A stretch of DNA of 57,958 nucleotides from a virus (lineage: Duplodnaviria > Caudoviricetes): positions 1 to 57,958 of IMG/VR virus record IMGVR_UViG_3300037842_000637. The stretch is one strand, 5' to 3'. The translations under genes were made by a program, and so were the position numbers. The notes beneath the pieces are model-generated. The model had not been told where the DNA came from, searched no databases, and saw only the letters and a program-made list of their open reading frames with translations. Shown here piece by piece: positions 8,054 through 18,198 of this stretch; the stretch's first letter is position 1; every line of letters begins with the position of its first letter.

Positions 8054-11000
8054 TCACTCAGTACCTGCGACGGCAAGACCCAACAGCCGGAGCTGCTCAT
8101 CGTTGGTCACGCCCTCAGCAGACACCGCAATGAACTTCTCGCCGCTGACTCCTTCGGGACGATTGCCGCCGAACTCCTGCTCGACGTGACCGCGTTCAGT
8201 CAGGTCCACTTTGTTGTAGGAACTGCCCTTCGTTGTCACTACTCCGTCAGTGCTGCCCGCACGTCTCGTTTCCTTGTTGACGTAGGCTGTGGCTGACCAG
8301 TCCGGGTAGAGCTGATAGTCCATCTGTGACGCAGCCGTCGTTGGTTCCCAGAAGACTTCGATCCGTCTGACTTCCCGCTGGTTGTTGTTGGTGAATGAGA
8401 GCTTACCAGTGCGGACTGACCATGAGACGCCAGCCACCTGATAGACGCTGTCGGTTGATGGTCTGGTGCCCCAGTGCTGAGAGACAGTCAGCATCGTTGC
8501 CGACACCGTCGTAATCAATCGCTGCTGACCACGACCTGTACCCTCGACGATCGTCAGGACTGAGCCGACCAGTCCGGCGTCGAAGGCTGCGGTGCTATCG
8601 GTAAGAGTTCGACCCCCTGTGCTGGTCGCTGTGCCTCGTACCGTACCGGCCACGCTGGGCAATAGACCATCGCGGGTGCCATCAAGCGTGAACACTCTGC
8701 GGCCAGTTGACCCAAGGAAGACAACTGACTGCCCGTCGACAACTCCGACTGTGCTGCTTGTGATTGGCCACGGGTACTCCTCGACCCACCAGAATCTCTG
8801 GTCGACATTGAAGCAGAGTGCGTGCCGAGGATACGGGCCGCCGTCAAGCGTAACAAAGAATCGAACGGTCCGTTGGGTTGAGAAGTACGAGGCATGGAAC
8901 CACTCCTGATTCTTCCATTGAATTGCCGGGGTGCCACTGCCCGCGAACACTGGCTTGATTGGACTGGACACTGGGTCGAGCGTGTTGCCGTCGAACATGA
9001 ACACACCTTCGCGGTCCATGATCACCGCCAGGTCGTCAGTGAAGGCGATGCACCTCTGGTTCAGTACGCCGCGTGGAACAATGAGCCGCATCCGCCCGTC
9101 GCCATTGGGTGTCGGTGCTGGGTTCGAGTTGAACGTGTACTGGTACAGCCCGGCCTTGAAGCCGACGTAGAACTTGCCGTCGAATACAAACTCAGATGTC
9201 ATCTCACCATCACGGCTGTTGCGTGATACCTGAAAGGTCTCGCCGGGATGCACCGACTCTGGGTAGCTGTCCTCGGACGTTACCCATGAGTGATAGATGC
9301 GTTGGTCGTCCGGTGCTGCTTGCGTAATCGTAGTTGCCGCTGCTGTCTGAGCGGCTGTAGTCGATTCCGTGAGAGCTGCCGTCTGCGTGTCAGCATTGAC
9401 TGCCGCGACACCGTGTCCCGAATCCTCATAGAGCGTGCGGCCATCGAACACGTTAGGCCAGTCAGTGCCGATTCCGGTGGCAGTTGCTCCATCGACGGTG
9501 ACCATCGACCTCTCGACATGATTGACTCCATAGAACATACGGTTTTGATACGACGCTACCACCCGCTTGTACGACGGAGGGGGCGTGTGTCGGCTCAGGT
9601 TTGAATCAACTCCGTTAGCGTCCAGCATGACGACAGCATCAGCACTGCCAAGTTCTTCATCCCCTTTGGTGCTGCTGAAGGTGTTGCTGATCACGTCCTC
9701 TTCATCGACGTCAATGTAAAACACACCCGCAGAACCTGGCTTAGACCGCAGAACCTGGCGTCGGGTAATTCTTGTTGACGTCGGGATAGCGACATCGGTG
9801 TAGGTGATCTTGTTCGCACCAGTCGCCCAGCCTCCATTCAGTAAGGCTGAAGTTTGTGCAGAGATCAACCCGGCATCTGTCTCAGTCAGTGTTCCTGTGA
9901 ACTCAAAGGTGAGTGCTTCCTCTGTGAGTGGTCCGCCTGTTACGAGTGCGTTGCCGGTGCCAATCGCGGAGATCGCTTCGAAGGCTTGCTGGACCTGGCT
10001 GGCAGTTGCATCGAACGCGATGGCCGCAGATATCTGAGTCGAGTATGTCAACGTGAACGTGCCGCCCGTCACTGCGTCAACAGAGACCTCTTGCAACTCG
10101 TTGCCGCCTTCAAGTCCACTGGTCGTCACTGTGCTGTTGAGAACCGGGAATGCCTGATTCATTGAGCTGGACGCTGTGACATCACCGACGTCCTGCTGAC
10201 TGAACACTCCCTTGAACTCAGCCACCACTGCAATGGAGTGGATCGGTCCGCCTGTTGTGCCGATGTTGCCTTCCCCGATGGTCGACAACGCAGCGAGTTG
10301 TGTCTGTACCTGAGCAGCAGTGGCGTCGAACCTCAGTGCTTCTGTCGTCTGCCCACCGAACGTCAGCGTGAAGGTGCCTTCGCCGGGCGGTACGTCAGGT
10401 GCCAGGCTGACCAGTTCGTTCACACCCTTGGCACCTGCCGTCGTGGTCGTGACCTTGGCTTGTAGGCCACCATCATCTGCTGTCATCTCGTCGAGGTCGG
10501 TCGCGGCCAGTGAGCCGATGAACTCGACGTTGACTACAGCACCCGGCAGTGGTCCCGTCGTGCAGGTGACGTTGTCGATATTGCTGAGGGCTTCGAGGGC
10601 AGTCTCCACCACGGCTGCGGTCGCATTGTAGGCGATCGCACTTGTTGTCTGTCCGCTGTACGTCAAGGTGAAGTCCCCATCGGTCGGGGTTCCTGTCACA
10701 GTGATTCGTTGCTTCTCGTTCGTTGCTCCGCTGGCACCTTCCACTGTTGTGACTATCTCAGCGACAAGCTGGTTGACGTCGGACGTTAGTAACACAACAT
10801 CCTGACTGTGCAGGTCGCCTGCGAACGTGAGCGTTGTTATGGCTGGCAGTGGACCACCAGCAGTGACGGTCACGTTGCCCGTCCCGATGGTACTCAGTAG
10901 CTCAAGTGCTTCGATGAGGTCTGCATTGCTGACATTGTAATCCAGCTTGGACGTGGTCTGGCCGCCGTGGGAAATCGTAAAATCTCCAGCGACAGGCGAG

Positions 11001-14000
11001 CCTGTTAGCTCAATAGTCTGCTGCTCGTTCGTGCCCGCACTTCCCGCACCCGACAGCTCAATACCTACCCACCCGGATATAGCATTGACGTTCGTGACTG
11101 ACGCCACGACTAGCTCGCTCGCCAGGTCGCCGATGAACTCAACTTTGTAAAATGTTAAATCTGCGAATATATTACCTCCGAGCTTGGTCACCGTGACGTT
11201 GCCTGAACCAACAGTGGATAACGCTTCCAGGGCAGAGGTGACAGACGAGGCAGCCGCATCACTTGTCAAATTGGTTGTTGTCTCGCCGTCCACTGTCATC
11301 GACCAGTAACCGGCGAAGTTCGGCAGCCCCGACGTAGCCGCAGGGTCGGTAAGAGTGTACGAGCCGCCGCCTGTAAGGCTGGCACTACTCAAGGTTGCTG
11401 TCCTGGTTGAGTTGTTTCCGTCTTCGTAAATCAGGACTAGCCCGGCTGCTACAGTTTGATGGGATTCCCCGACCTTTGGGTAGACGCCGGGGCCGATACC
11501 GGCTGGGTGGTCTGCTATTGCCGCAGTGTTCACGGCGTCTGCAATTTCCTGGCCTGTCGCGTCCCATGCTATTGCCGCACTCGTAGTGCCACCCGCCGAG
11601 ATAGTGAACGTGCCTCCGCTTACTGTTCCTGATACCGCCAGTTGCCACTCTTGGGGAGACCCTGCGTGAGTGCCAAGTTCAGACCCAGCCTCTATGACGT
11701 GGTAGACTGAATTGTTACCGAGCACACCTGTCACTGTTTCAGCGTGCGAGGAAGTCACACTCGTGCCTGTTATGTTAGTGACATCGCTGGTCATCTCTGA
11801 CCTGTTGCCACCAGCCAGAGACCCGGTGAATTCAACGGTCACTGCTGCTGGCAAAGGCCCGCCAGTACAGGTGACGTCACCGGCTGCGATGTTCGACAAC
11901 GCTTCAAGTGCGGTATCAATCGTCGCTGCCGTTGCGTTGTATGCGATGTTCCCTGTGGTCTGCCCTGAGTAGGTCAGCGTAAAGGTGCCGCCGCTCGGCG
12001 TGTCGTGCATCGTGATGGTCTGCTGCTCATTGACCGTCACTCCCTCAGTGAAGTCGTACTCGTACGCCGTGCCTATCCAGAACTTCGTGCCTGAGTGCTC
12101 GTCGTTGGCCCCGTAGTAAATCTCAAGGGTGCCAGCACCCATTGCGGGAGCACCTTCCTGATGATCAAAAATGATGCCGTCGTAGGTTGCCTGATTGGTA
12201 CGCCAGGCTACTGCCAAGGTCCACTGCCTCACTGTCTCGTCGGCGTGTGACGTGTAGAGTTTTAGTCCGTCGTGCTTGAAGCTAAATCCTCTCACCCGCC
12301 CGTAGGCACTGAAGTCACCCACGTAGTTCTCGCCGCCGTCATTGTCGTACTTCGCGATGATGCCTGTCTCGCCCGCCAGGCCGTACCACCCGCTGTCCTG
12401 TAGATAGAAAGCGTCGTTCATTCCGCCACGATTCACACATGCAGTGAAGTCTGCGGCTTGGCCACCTGACTGGCGATACATGGTGTTCAGGTTCCACGCT
12501 TCACTCATGTAGTACGAATGCCCTGTCCCCTCGCTACGGTCAGCGATATACATCAGAAACCCGCCGTCCTGCGGGTCCATGCAGAGGTAGTCACCGCCAA
12601 TGCCGATACCTTCTTCAAGCTGGAACCTCTCTCCTGTATCAGTCATTCCTCCGATGATGCTTCGCGGGACGGTCAGGCTGAACTTTATGATTACGGTGCC
12701 GCCGAGGTGAGCATTGCAAATCGCGAACGCGAACTCGCCGTCCCTTCCGCCAATCACAAATGTTCTCGCGTCATTGTTTCCGTCTATGTTCTGGAAACCA
12801 GTTGTCGTGCCCAGGTAAGAGGCATCAGACAGGTTGTACGGTGTCGAAGGGGCACCTGTTGCTATGGTCGTGATCGCTACGTCCATGCCGCCTGTCAGGG
12901 ACGCTGCGTTGATCGTCATCGTGGGCACGTTAGTCTTGGCCAATGCCCCGGTGAACTCGACCGACACAGCAGTGCCAGGCAGTGAGCCACCTGAGCACGT
13001 CACGTCACCTGACCCGATGTTCGACATCGCTTCAAGAGCAGCATCGACATTCGATGCACTGGCGTTGTACGCGATAGTCCCGGACGTGACCCCGCTATAG
13101 GTGATCGTGAACGTGCCGCCTGAAGCCCCGCCGATCAGGTCTATCTCCTGAGTCTCGTTGTTCCCGCTGCTGCCTGTAGTGGTGACCGTTGCCGCCAGCG
13201 TAGACGTGGCACCTGTGAAGTCTGGTTCGATCAGTGAATGGTTGGTGATCGCGAGTGCATTCTGGAAAGTCACCGTCACGTCAGCGGAGTTCAATGCCCC
13301 GCCTGCACATACAATGTTGCCCGCTCCGATCGTTGTCAGGAGTTCCAACGCTGCTTGAATGGTTGCCGCCGTCGCGTCGTACGAGATCGAAGTCGTCTTC
13401 TCTCCGAGGAACTCCAGCGTGAAGTTGCCTGACGTGGGTGTAGCCGAGTAGCTCAGCGTCTGCACCTGACTGACACCAGGTCCGCCCGTTTTCTTGACGG
13501 TGACTTTCATTGCAGGGACAGCACTGGTTGTCCAGTCACCATTTCCTGCTGAGCCTTCTAAGGCAAACGTGTCGGTCGAGATTACCCTGACGGTCCATGT
13601 TCCATTGGCAGCGGTGTTTCCTTTTTGCCCTGATACCCTGACAGTGTCGCCCGTCGTCAGCCCATGTGAGGCAGAAGTGATTACAATCGGTGCGGCGTTT
13701 GTGGCCCCGGTGATGTCAGCCCCGGCAGACCCAAAGGTCTCATGCACATCACTGATCGGTGAGACGTTCGACACCTTGCCAGTTGAATCAAGGAATCTGG
13801 TGTAGGCATATCGTTGACCAGTGAGAGTGCCACTGCCGCTACTGGCAACAGTCGGCTTCACGCCAGGTGCTTCGATCCCTGCTGAAGTGAGTGCTCCGTC
13901 GAACCTCTGAACCGGCAACTTACCGTGAGCCATATAGGCGACGGCGTCGTCCGACTCAGCATAAGAAGGCGGAAGCCAGCGGTTGCCAGCTCCCGCCCGG

Positions 14001-14674
14001 CCTGACGGTCCAGCCAGGGTATCCAGAATCGGCAGGCTGGCACCTGACCCGCCATTGTAGAGTGCCGCACCGTCAGCCACAGTGGGCGACGTTGAGAAGA
14101 GAGCCACCTCGTCCAGCACCCCGTCAAGGTAGTTGTTCGAGAAGTCACTGCCGAGGTAGAGCAAGCCGGTCTCAGTCAGCGGAGCACGAGCGGTGCCGGA
14201 AGCATAGAGCGTGCCGTTGACTTCGATGCCCATCCGGTTGCCGTCGTTGTACGCCCTGATGTGATACCAGGTATCAATCGCCAGCGTCAGACCATCGGTG
14301 TTGATCGTCGTCGAAGTAGCACCGTCTCCCACCGTGAACGCGAGGTCCGTGTCTGAGTGGTCGTACCACAGCTTGAGTGAGGTGTTGGCGTCTGTGCCGT
14401 CACTGCCCTTGGATACAAGGCTCATGTCTGTGGCGAGCGTCGAGAACTTGACCCAGCAACAGACACCCTTGAGTGCTTGGATCGCTGAGTCGTTGGGCAC
14501 CGAGCGGAACTGCCCACCACTGAGCAGGAAGAACATCCCCTGCCTGATTTTGCCGAGTGCTGTGGAGATGACCCCGGCTGTTCCGTTGTTCGTACCGACG
14601 ACGTCCTCACTGAGTGATCGCCCATGAGTGTCGTCGCATGGGTAGTAAGCTGCGAGACGTGAGTAGAGTGTCAT
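8054..14674 (-). CDS. Large tail protein: N-terminal LamG/ConA-like domain, FCCH-like domain, about nine ~95-aa repeats, propeller-like insert, C-terminal nozzle-like region
   Basis: 2206 aa; WYHI..Y..G...LDGVLDEVALF (LamG); ITGATNAAPIVITSASHGLTTGDTVRVSG; repeats NExQxI...GGTFTLTYSGQTT..IAYNATAA.V..ALEALS.IG.G.V...GGPL. Confidence 0.75.
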   Translation of the reverse strand: MTLYSRLAAYYPCDDTHGRSLSEDVVGTNNGTAGVISTALGKIRQGMFFLLSGGQFRSVPNDSAIQALKGVCCWVKFSTLATDMSLVSKGSDGTDANTSLKLWYDHSDTDLAFTVGDGATSTTINTDGLTLAIDTWYHIRAYNDGNRMGIEVNGTLYASGTARAPLTETGLLYLGSDFSNNYLDGVLDEVALFSTSPTVADGAALYNGGSGASLPILDTLAGPSGRAGAGNRWLPPSYAESDDAVAYMAHGKLPVQRFDGALTSAGIEAPGVKPTVASSGSGTLTGQRYAYTRFLDSTGKVSNVSPISDVHETFGSAGADITGATNAAPIVITSASHGLTTGDTVRVSGQKGNTAANGTWTVRVISTDTFALEGSAGNGDWTTSAVPAMKVTVKKTGGPGVSQVQTLSYSATPTSGNFTLEFLGEKTTSISYDATAATIQAALELLTTIGAGNIVCAGGALNSADVTVTFQNALAITNHSLIEPDFTGATSTLAATVTTTGSSGNNETQEIDLIGGASGGTFTITYSGVTSGTIAYNASASNVDAALEAMSNIGSGDVTCSGGSLPGTAVSVEFTGALAKTNVPTMTINAASLTGGMDVAITTIATGAPSTPYNLSDASYLGTTTGFQNIDGNNDARTFVIGGRDGEFAFAICNAHLGGTVIIKFSLTVPRSIIGGMTDTGERFQLEEGIGIGGDYLCMDPQDGGFLMYIADRSEGTGHSYYMSEAWNLNTMYRQSGGQAADFTACVNRGGMNDAFYLQDSGWYGLAGETGIIAKYDNDGGENYVGDFSAYGRVRGFSFKHDGLKLYTSHADETVRQWTLAVAWRTNQATYDGIIFDHQEGAPAMGAGTLEIYYGANDEHSGTKFWIGTAYEYDFTEGVTVNEQQTITMHDTPSGGTFTLTYSGQTTGNIAYNATAATIDTALEALSNIAAGDVTCTGGPLPAAVTVEFTGSLAGGNRSEMTSDVTNITGTSVTSSHAETVTGVLGNNSVYHVIEAGSELGTHAGSPQEWQLAVSGTVSGGTFTISAGGTTSAAIAWDATGQEIADAVNTAAIADHPAGIGPGVYPKVGESHQTVAAGLVLIYEDGNNSTRTATLSSASLTGGGSYTLTDPAATSGLPNFAGYWSMTVDGETTTNLTSDAAASSVTSALEALSTVGSGNVTVTKLGGNIFADLTFYKVEFIGDLASELVVASVTNVNAISGWVGIELSGAGSAGTNEQQTIELTGSPVAGDFTISHGGQTTSKLDYNVSNADLIEALELLSTIGTGNVTVTAGGPLPAITTLTFAGDLHSQDVVLLTSDVNQLVAEIVTTVEGASGATNEKQRITVTGTPTDGDFTLTYSGQTTSAIAYNATAAVVETALEALSNIDNVTCTTGPLPGAVVNVEFIGSLAATDLDEMTADDGGLQAKVTTTTAGAKGVNELVSLAPDVPPGEGTFTLTFGGQTTEALRFDATAAQVQTQLAALSTIGEGNIGTTGGPIHSIAVVAEFKGVFSQQDVGDVTASSSMNQAFPVLNSTVTTSGLEGGNELQEVSVDAVTGGTFTLTYSTQISAAIAFDATASQVQQAFEAISAIGTGNALVTGGPLTEEALTFEFTGTLTETDAGLISAQTSALLNGGWATGANKITYTDVAIPTSTRITRRQVLRSKPGSAGVFYIDVDEEDVISNTFSSTKGDEELGSADAVVMLDANGVDSNLSRHTPPPSYKRVVASYQNRMFYGVNHVERSMVTVDGATATGIGTDWPNVFDGRTLYEDSGHGVAAVNADTQTAALTESTTAAQTAAATTITQAAPDDQRIYHSWVTSEDSYPESVHPGETFQVSRNSRDGEMTSEFVFDGKFYVGFKAGLYQYTFNSNPAPTPNGDGRMRLIVPRGVLNQRCIAFTDDLAVIMDREGVFMFDGNTLDPVSSPIKPVFAGSGTPAIQWKNQEWFHASYFSTQRTVRFFVTLDGGPYPRHALCFNVDQRFWWVEEYPWPITSSTVGVVDGQSVVFLGSTGRRVFTLDGTRDGLLPSVAGTVRGTATSTGGRTLTDSTAAFDAGLVGSVLTIVEGTGRGQQRLITTVSATMLTVSQHWGTRPSTDSVYQVAGVSWSVRTGKLSFTNNNQREVRRIEVFWEPTTAASQMDYQLYPDWSATAYVNKETRRAGSTDGVVTTKGSSYNKVDLTERGHVEQEFGGNRPEGVSGEKFIAVSAEGVTNDEQLRLLGLAVAGTE

Positions 14675-15090
14675 ACTGATGGTCCCTTGCGGGACTCGAC
14701 TGTCCCGGAGTCCGACATGGTCAAGATGAAGTCAGCGTTCTGGCCACGATAGAAGTGCAGTCCAGTGATCGCACCGACCGAGTTGCCGCCGGGGTCCACA
14801 GTGAAGGTCACGATGGTGTGGCGGTTGACGGCAGCACCGGCGTCGTTCCATCGCAGGATGCCCACGTAGCGGCCAGCCACGAACTCAGCCGTCACCTGCC
14901 GCTCGACGTTGTGCAGGCCAGTGGTCAGGGTCGGCGGTATCTCCTCGCCGGTCAGCACTACGTCACTGTTCTCGTCGATGACTGTGAGCGTAGGGATGCT
15001 GCGGACACTACTGCTGTCCAAGGGCCATGCGGTGCCAGTGAGCAGAGGTATCGGAATCCAATCGCCGTGCTGAAAGGTTCCCAGGTACAT
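14671..15090 (-). CDS. Hypothetical virion protein (beta-rich)
   Basis: 139 aa; ATGA overlap with the tail gene. Confidence 0.65.
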   Translation of the reverse strand: MYLGTFQHGDWIPIPLLTGTAWPLDSSSVRSIPTLTVIDENSDVVLTGEEIPPTLTTGLHNVERQVTAEFVAGRYVGILRWNDAGAAVNRHTIVTFTVDPGGNSVGAITGLHFYRGQNADFILTMSDSGTVESRKGPSV

Positions 15091-15093
15091 AGC

Positions 15094-15426
15094 TCAGTCC
15101 GTCTGAAGGACAAGGATCGCGGCAGCTTCAGCGGCGTCGACTACACCCTTGACGTACTTCCTGCCGAACAGAGCTGCGGGCAATGAGTGTGCTCTTGCTG
15201 CGGCCACCGTCTGTGTCACCGCTGCGTTGGCTGAGTCGTAGCAGGCGAGGTAGGTGCCGCCAGCTTCTGACGACGACCACCAGGTAATGCTCGTCGCGGA
15301 TGACCCGGTCGGGATATGAATCTCGCCACGCACTGCCATGCCCAACTCGATCTCGTCGGTCGTGCTGGCTGCGGTGTTCAGTGAAACTGTGCGAACCCGT
15401 GCCTTGTTCTCGAATGCGTCGGACAT
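15094..15426 (-). CDS. Hypothetical virion protein
   Basis: 110 aa in a tightly packed operon. Confidence 0.65.
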   Translation of the reverse strand: MSDAFENKARVRTVSLNTAASTTDEIELGMAVRGEIHIPTGSSATSITWWSSSEAGGTYLACYDSANAAVTQTVAAARAHSLPAALFGRKYVKGVVDAAEAAAILVLQTD

Positions 15427-15428
15427 AC

Positions 15429-15785
15429 TTATCCACCTTTTTCGGCTGTACCGTGACCGTCGTCGATCATTGTGACTGAGACGTCATGAGTGTCGGCAAA
15501 GAGTCTACCGATTACCCGGCTCATTGAGAACCTGTCCTTCAGGTCATTGTCCTGAAGCGGGACGTGGAGCACTAAGGTCTCAGCATCAGTGATGATCTTG
15601 AGTATGTGGTCCTTAGCAGCGAACCCGACTTCCTTGGTCTCTGCTGTGCCGCCCCTGACCTCTTCGCACCACAGGTCTTCGATGCGAATGATCATCTTCC
15701 GCTCGACGACCACCTCGACAGTGTCACCGTCCAGTGCTCGAATCAGTTTGACCGGCGTAGTCCAGCCGAGTGGTGGTTGTTTCAC
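15429..15785 (-). CDS. Thermonuclease (SNase/TNase)-like protein
   Basis: VKLIRALDGDTVEV...IRIEDLWCEE...G.AAK..L...DRF..RVIG motifs; probable GTG start overlapping the upstream TGA. Confidence 0.7.
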   Translation of the reverse strand: MKQPPLGWTTPVKLIRALDGDTVEVVVERKMIIRIEDLWCEEVRGGTAETKEVGFAAKDHILKIITDAETLVLHVPLQDNDLKDRFSMSRVIGRLFADTHDVSVTMIDDGHGTAEKGG

Positions 15786-16165
15786 AGGATTTCCGCTTCC
15801 ATGAATGCTTCGATGCTGGCGTCCGCTTCGATGACCGCCATGAAGTACAGGCACGCTCGATGCTCACGCGGAATCTTGAGTGCCCATCCGACCCATGACC
15901 GCTTGGCCGCCTGACGAATCAGGACGATCATGTTCTTCTGGAAGCGGAAGTCAGCGGCATCCTTGTCCGTCAACGTCTGGCCTTCGCCATAGTCCCAGTC
16001 GTGGATGTTGGCCGCAGCGTTGATGTTCAGACCCCAGATCGTGTCTGGAACCAAACAGCCTTCCCACCCGGCAGTCCCGGCCCCGTTGCAGTTCAGTGCC
16101 CGCTTCTTGGGTGACGCTGCCCAGTACGTGTCCGAGGCTTCCAAGCCGCCAACCGTAGAGAACAT
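15782..16165 (-). CDS. Phospholipase A2-like / DUF1353-like protein
   Basis: CNGAG...NIHDWDY...K.AAD..F..NM (HDxxY plus downstream Asp). Confidence 0.5.
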   Translation of the reverse strand: MFSTVGGLEASDTYWAASPKKRALNCNGAGTAGWEGCLVPDTIWGLNINAAANIHDWDYGEGQTLTDKDAADFRFQKNMIVLIRQAAKRSWVGWALKIPREHRACLYFMAVIEADASIEAFMEAEIL

Positions 16166-16168
16166 GGG

Positions 16169-16600
16169 TCACTCCGTTACAGGGTCTCCAAGGCCCAAGG
16201 TGTAACGTGGACCTTGCTCAGTGTTGATCGTCGTCGTGTCAGACTGGATGGTCGTGCCACCAGTGATGTCCTTCAACGCAGACAGTGCGAACGGTACAGC
16301 AGCACCCATCCCAACACCAGATGCAAGTAAGGCCGCAGCGATCCCAGCTTTCGCGAGGGTGCCAAGTCCTGGCTTCGGTCGAGCTGGGTGGTCACCGAAG
16401 TGGTTGTGCGTATTGCCGCTGTTGATATTCACGGCTTCGGCCTCGCCGGGCATGTCGAGCGAGCGGTACGCGGCCTTCTCTTCGAGCTTGTTTCGCCACT
16501 CACTGTTCTTCTTCCACTGCTCCCAGATCGGGTGTATCTGGCGTGGCTCCACGTCAGGCTCACCCCCCAAGGTCGGCGATGAATTCTGCGAGTCGGTCAT
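16169..16600 (-). CDS. Membrane protein
   Basis: Hydrophobic segment LAKAGIAAALLASGVGMGAAVPFAL. Confidence 0.6.
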   Translation of the reverse strand: MTDSQNSSPTLGGEPDVEPRQIHPIWEQWKKNSEWRNKLEEKAAYRSLDMPGEAEAVNINSGNTHNHFGDHPARPKPGLGTLAKAGIAAALLASGVGMGAAVPFALSALKDITGGTTIQSDTTTINTEQGPRYTLGLGDPVTE

Positions 16601-16757
16601 CGTTTTCCTCTGCTCTAAGTGCTGCTTGCTCAGCAAACTGCCGACCAGCTATCGCGAGGCTAAGAACTTGGAGCGTAGACTCCTTACGGAAGTTGATCGG
16701 CTCGTCGTTCTCAACCTGCGTTAGCAAGCCAGACAGTGTGTCACGGTTAGTGATCAA
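16560..16757 (-). CDS. Hypothetical protein
   Basis: 65 aa, overlaps both neighbours in the operon. Confidence 0.45.
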   Translation of the reverse strand: MITNRDTLSGLLTQVENDEPINFRKESTLQVLSLAIAGRQFAEQAALRAEENDDRLAEFIADLGG

Positions 16758-17011
16758 GGAGCGTCCGCCCTCGCAGCGATCTTGGCAGCGATGACATCAA
16801 ACAGGTCGTTACGCCGAGACGCTGAAGCCTCGAAGTTCTTACCCATCGTGACGTAGGTGCCACCTTGCTCGCGAGCAATGATGCTGTTCATGTTGACGTC
16901 AATGACAGCGTCATTGGCGAGTGCTTGCTGTGACTGACGTGACTCATCGGCAGACTCACGCGGTCCGAATCCAGTCCCTGACGGTGGCCCTGTTGTGGTT
17001 GCGTCCGGCAT
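16754..17011 (-). CDS. Hypothetical protein
   Basis: 85 aa, AGGAG RBS. Confidence 0.6.
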   Translation of the reverse strand: MPDATTTGPPSGTGFGPRESADESRQSQQALANDAVIDVNMNSIIAREQGGTYVTMGKNFEASASRRNDLFDVIAAKIAARADAP

Positions 17012-17023
17012 TGCTGCTCTCCT

Positions 17024-17776
17024 CTACTCTAAGAATTTCTCATTGAACTGGAGCACCACCGGAGTGCCCCGTGGGTAGGCTTTATCTTCAGACTTAGTGA
17101 CGACCTTGGTCCCGTCTGCAAGTTCTCTGATCCCCTGCATACGCACCGTGATCGGCCTGTCGTCAACCTTGGTGATCTGCTCCGTGGTGTGGGTGGCCGC
17201 AGGTCGCTGCTTCAGGATGGCGTCGAGACGCTTGAGTGCGGCAAGTTGTTCGGCAAGCTGTGACTCCAGATCGCTGACCCGCTTCTCAAGTGCAATGATC
17301 CGCTCAACCTTCTGCACGTCGGGTACGTCTCGAACGCCGGGTGCTGGTGGAGGTGGCAGCAGGTTGCGTATCGCCTTGCCAATCGGGTTGGCACAGTCAG
17401 CACGGGCGGTTGTCACTGGAGTCGGGTCGAGCTGCACTGACTTCTTCTTTGCCATTGGTGCCATTCCAGCAAGGAACTTGGCACTGAACCTGTAGCCGGG
17501 CGACTGCTCATAGTAGCGGTACTTGGCACCGTTCTTCAGGAGCATGAAGCTGGGAGTGTTCCCGATCCCGAAGAACTTGAAGGGCTGTTCGTCGTCCTGG
17601 TACTTGTGCGAAGTGATCGCGTAGCCCTGATTGACCAGCACCCTGACCATCTCATCAACTGGAGCACAAGGCGGGCAGACGGAGTGGTCCTGAGTGAAGT
17701 GGTGAAGCTCGTAGCTGTCAGCGGCATGGAGTGACTGGCACATGAGCACTGCGGGGGCGAGCAGCAAAAGTCTCAT
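17024..17776 (-). CDS. Secreted thioredoxin-fold protein with coiled-coil C-terminus
   Basis: Signal-peptide-like MRLLLLAPAVLMCQSLHAA; CPPC motif; FGIGNTPSFMLLKNG (cis-Pro motif). Confidence 0.65.
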   Translation of the reverse strand: MRLLLLAPAVLMCQSLHAADSYELHHFTQDHSVCPPCAPVDEMVRVLVNQGYAITSHKYQDDEQPFKFFGIGNTPSFMLLKNGAKYRYYEQSPGYRFSAKFLAGMAPMAKKKSVQLDPTPVTTARADCANPIGKAIRNLLPPPPAPGVRDVPDVQKVERIIALEKRVSDLESQLAEQLAALKRLDAILKQRPAATHTTEQITKVDDRPITVRMQGIRELADGTKVVTKSEDKAYPRGTPVVLQFNEKFLE

Positions 17777-17859
17777 AGGTCTTCCTCGGGTGGGGTACGG
17801 ACACAAAACCCTACCTCGTCCACCTGATCATTGCAACCAATTCTTTCGCGTCCGTCAGA

Positions 17860-18198
17860 TTACTCGACGCTTAGGACTCCTGGCAGTGCGTGGTGGTCGC
17901 GAGTCTTGAGCACGATCACGTCGTCACGCACCTGCTGTAAGGTGGTATTCATCGTCACGCACTGATTCTTCAGAGACCCCAGCGTGCCGATGACTGCCGA
18001 GTGCTGAGTCTGTGCCGTCTGAATTGCCATCAGGAGTTCAGAGTGCTGTAGGTGCCCAGCCTGCAACGCTTTCACTTCACTGGCAGTCACATGCAGCATC
18101 ACGCTGTGGTGGGCCGCAGCGATACTAGCCCCCACAAGCACCCCCCAGAGCCACTTGGGGATGAAGACTGCTTCTCCGTTCGGCTTGGTGCCTGGCAT
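17860..18198 (-). CDS. Membrane-anchored coiled-coil protein (holin/spanin-like?)
   Basis: N-terminal hydrophobic helix then heptad-like region. Confidence 0.45.
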   Translation of the reverse strand: MPGTKPNGEAVFIPKWLWGVLVGASIAAAHHSVMLHVTASEVKALQAGHLQHSELLMAIQTAQTQHSAVIGTLGSLKNQCVTMNTTLQQVRDDVIVLKTRDHHALPGVLSVE

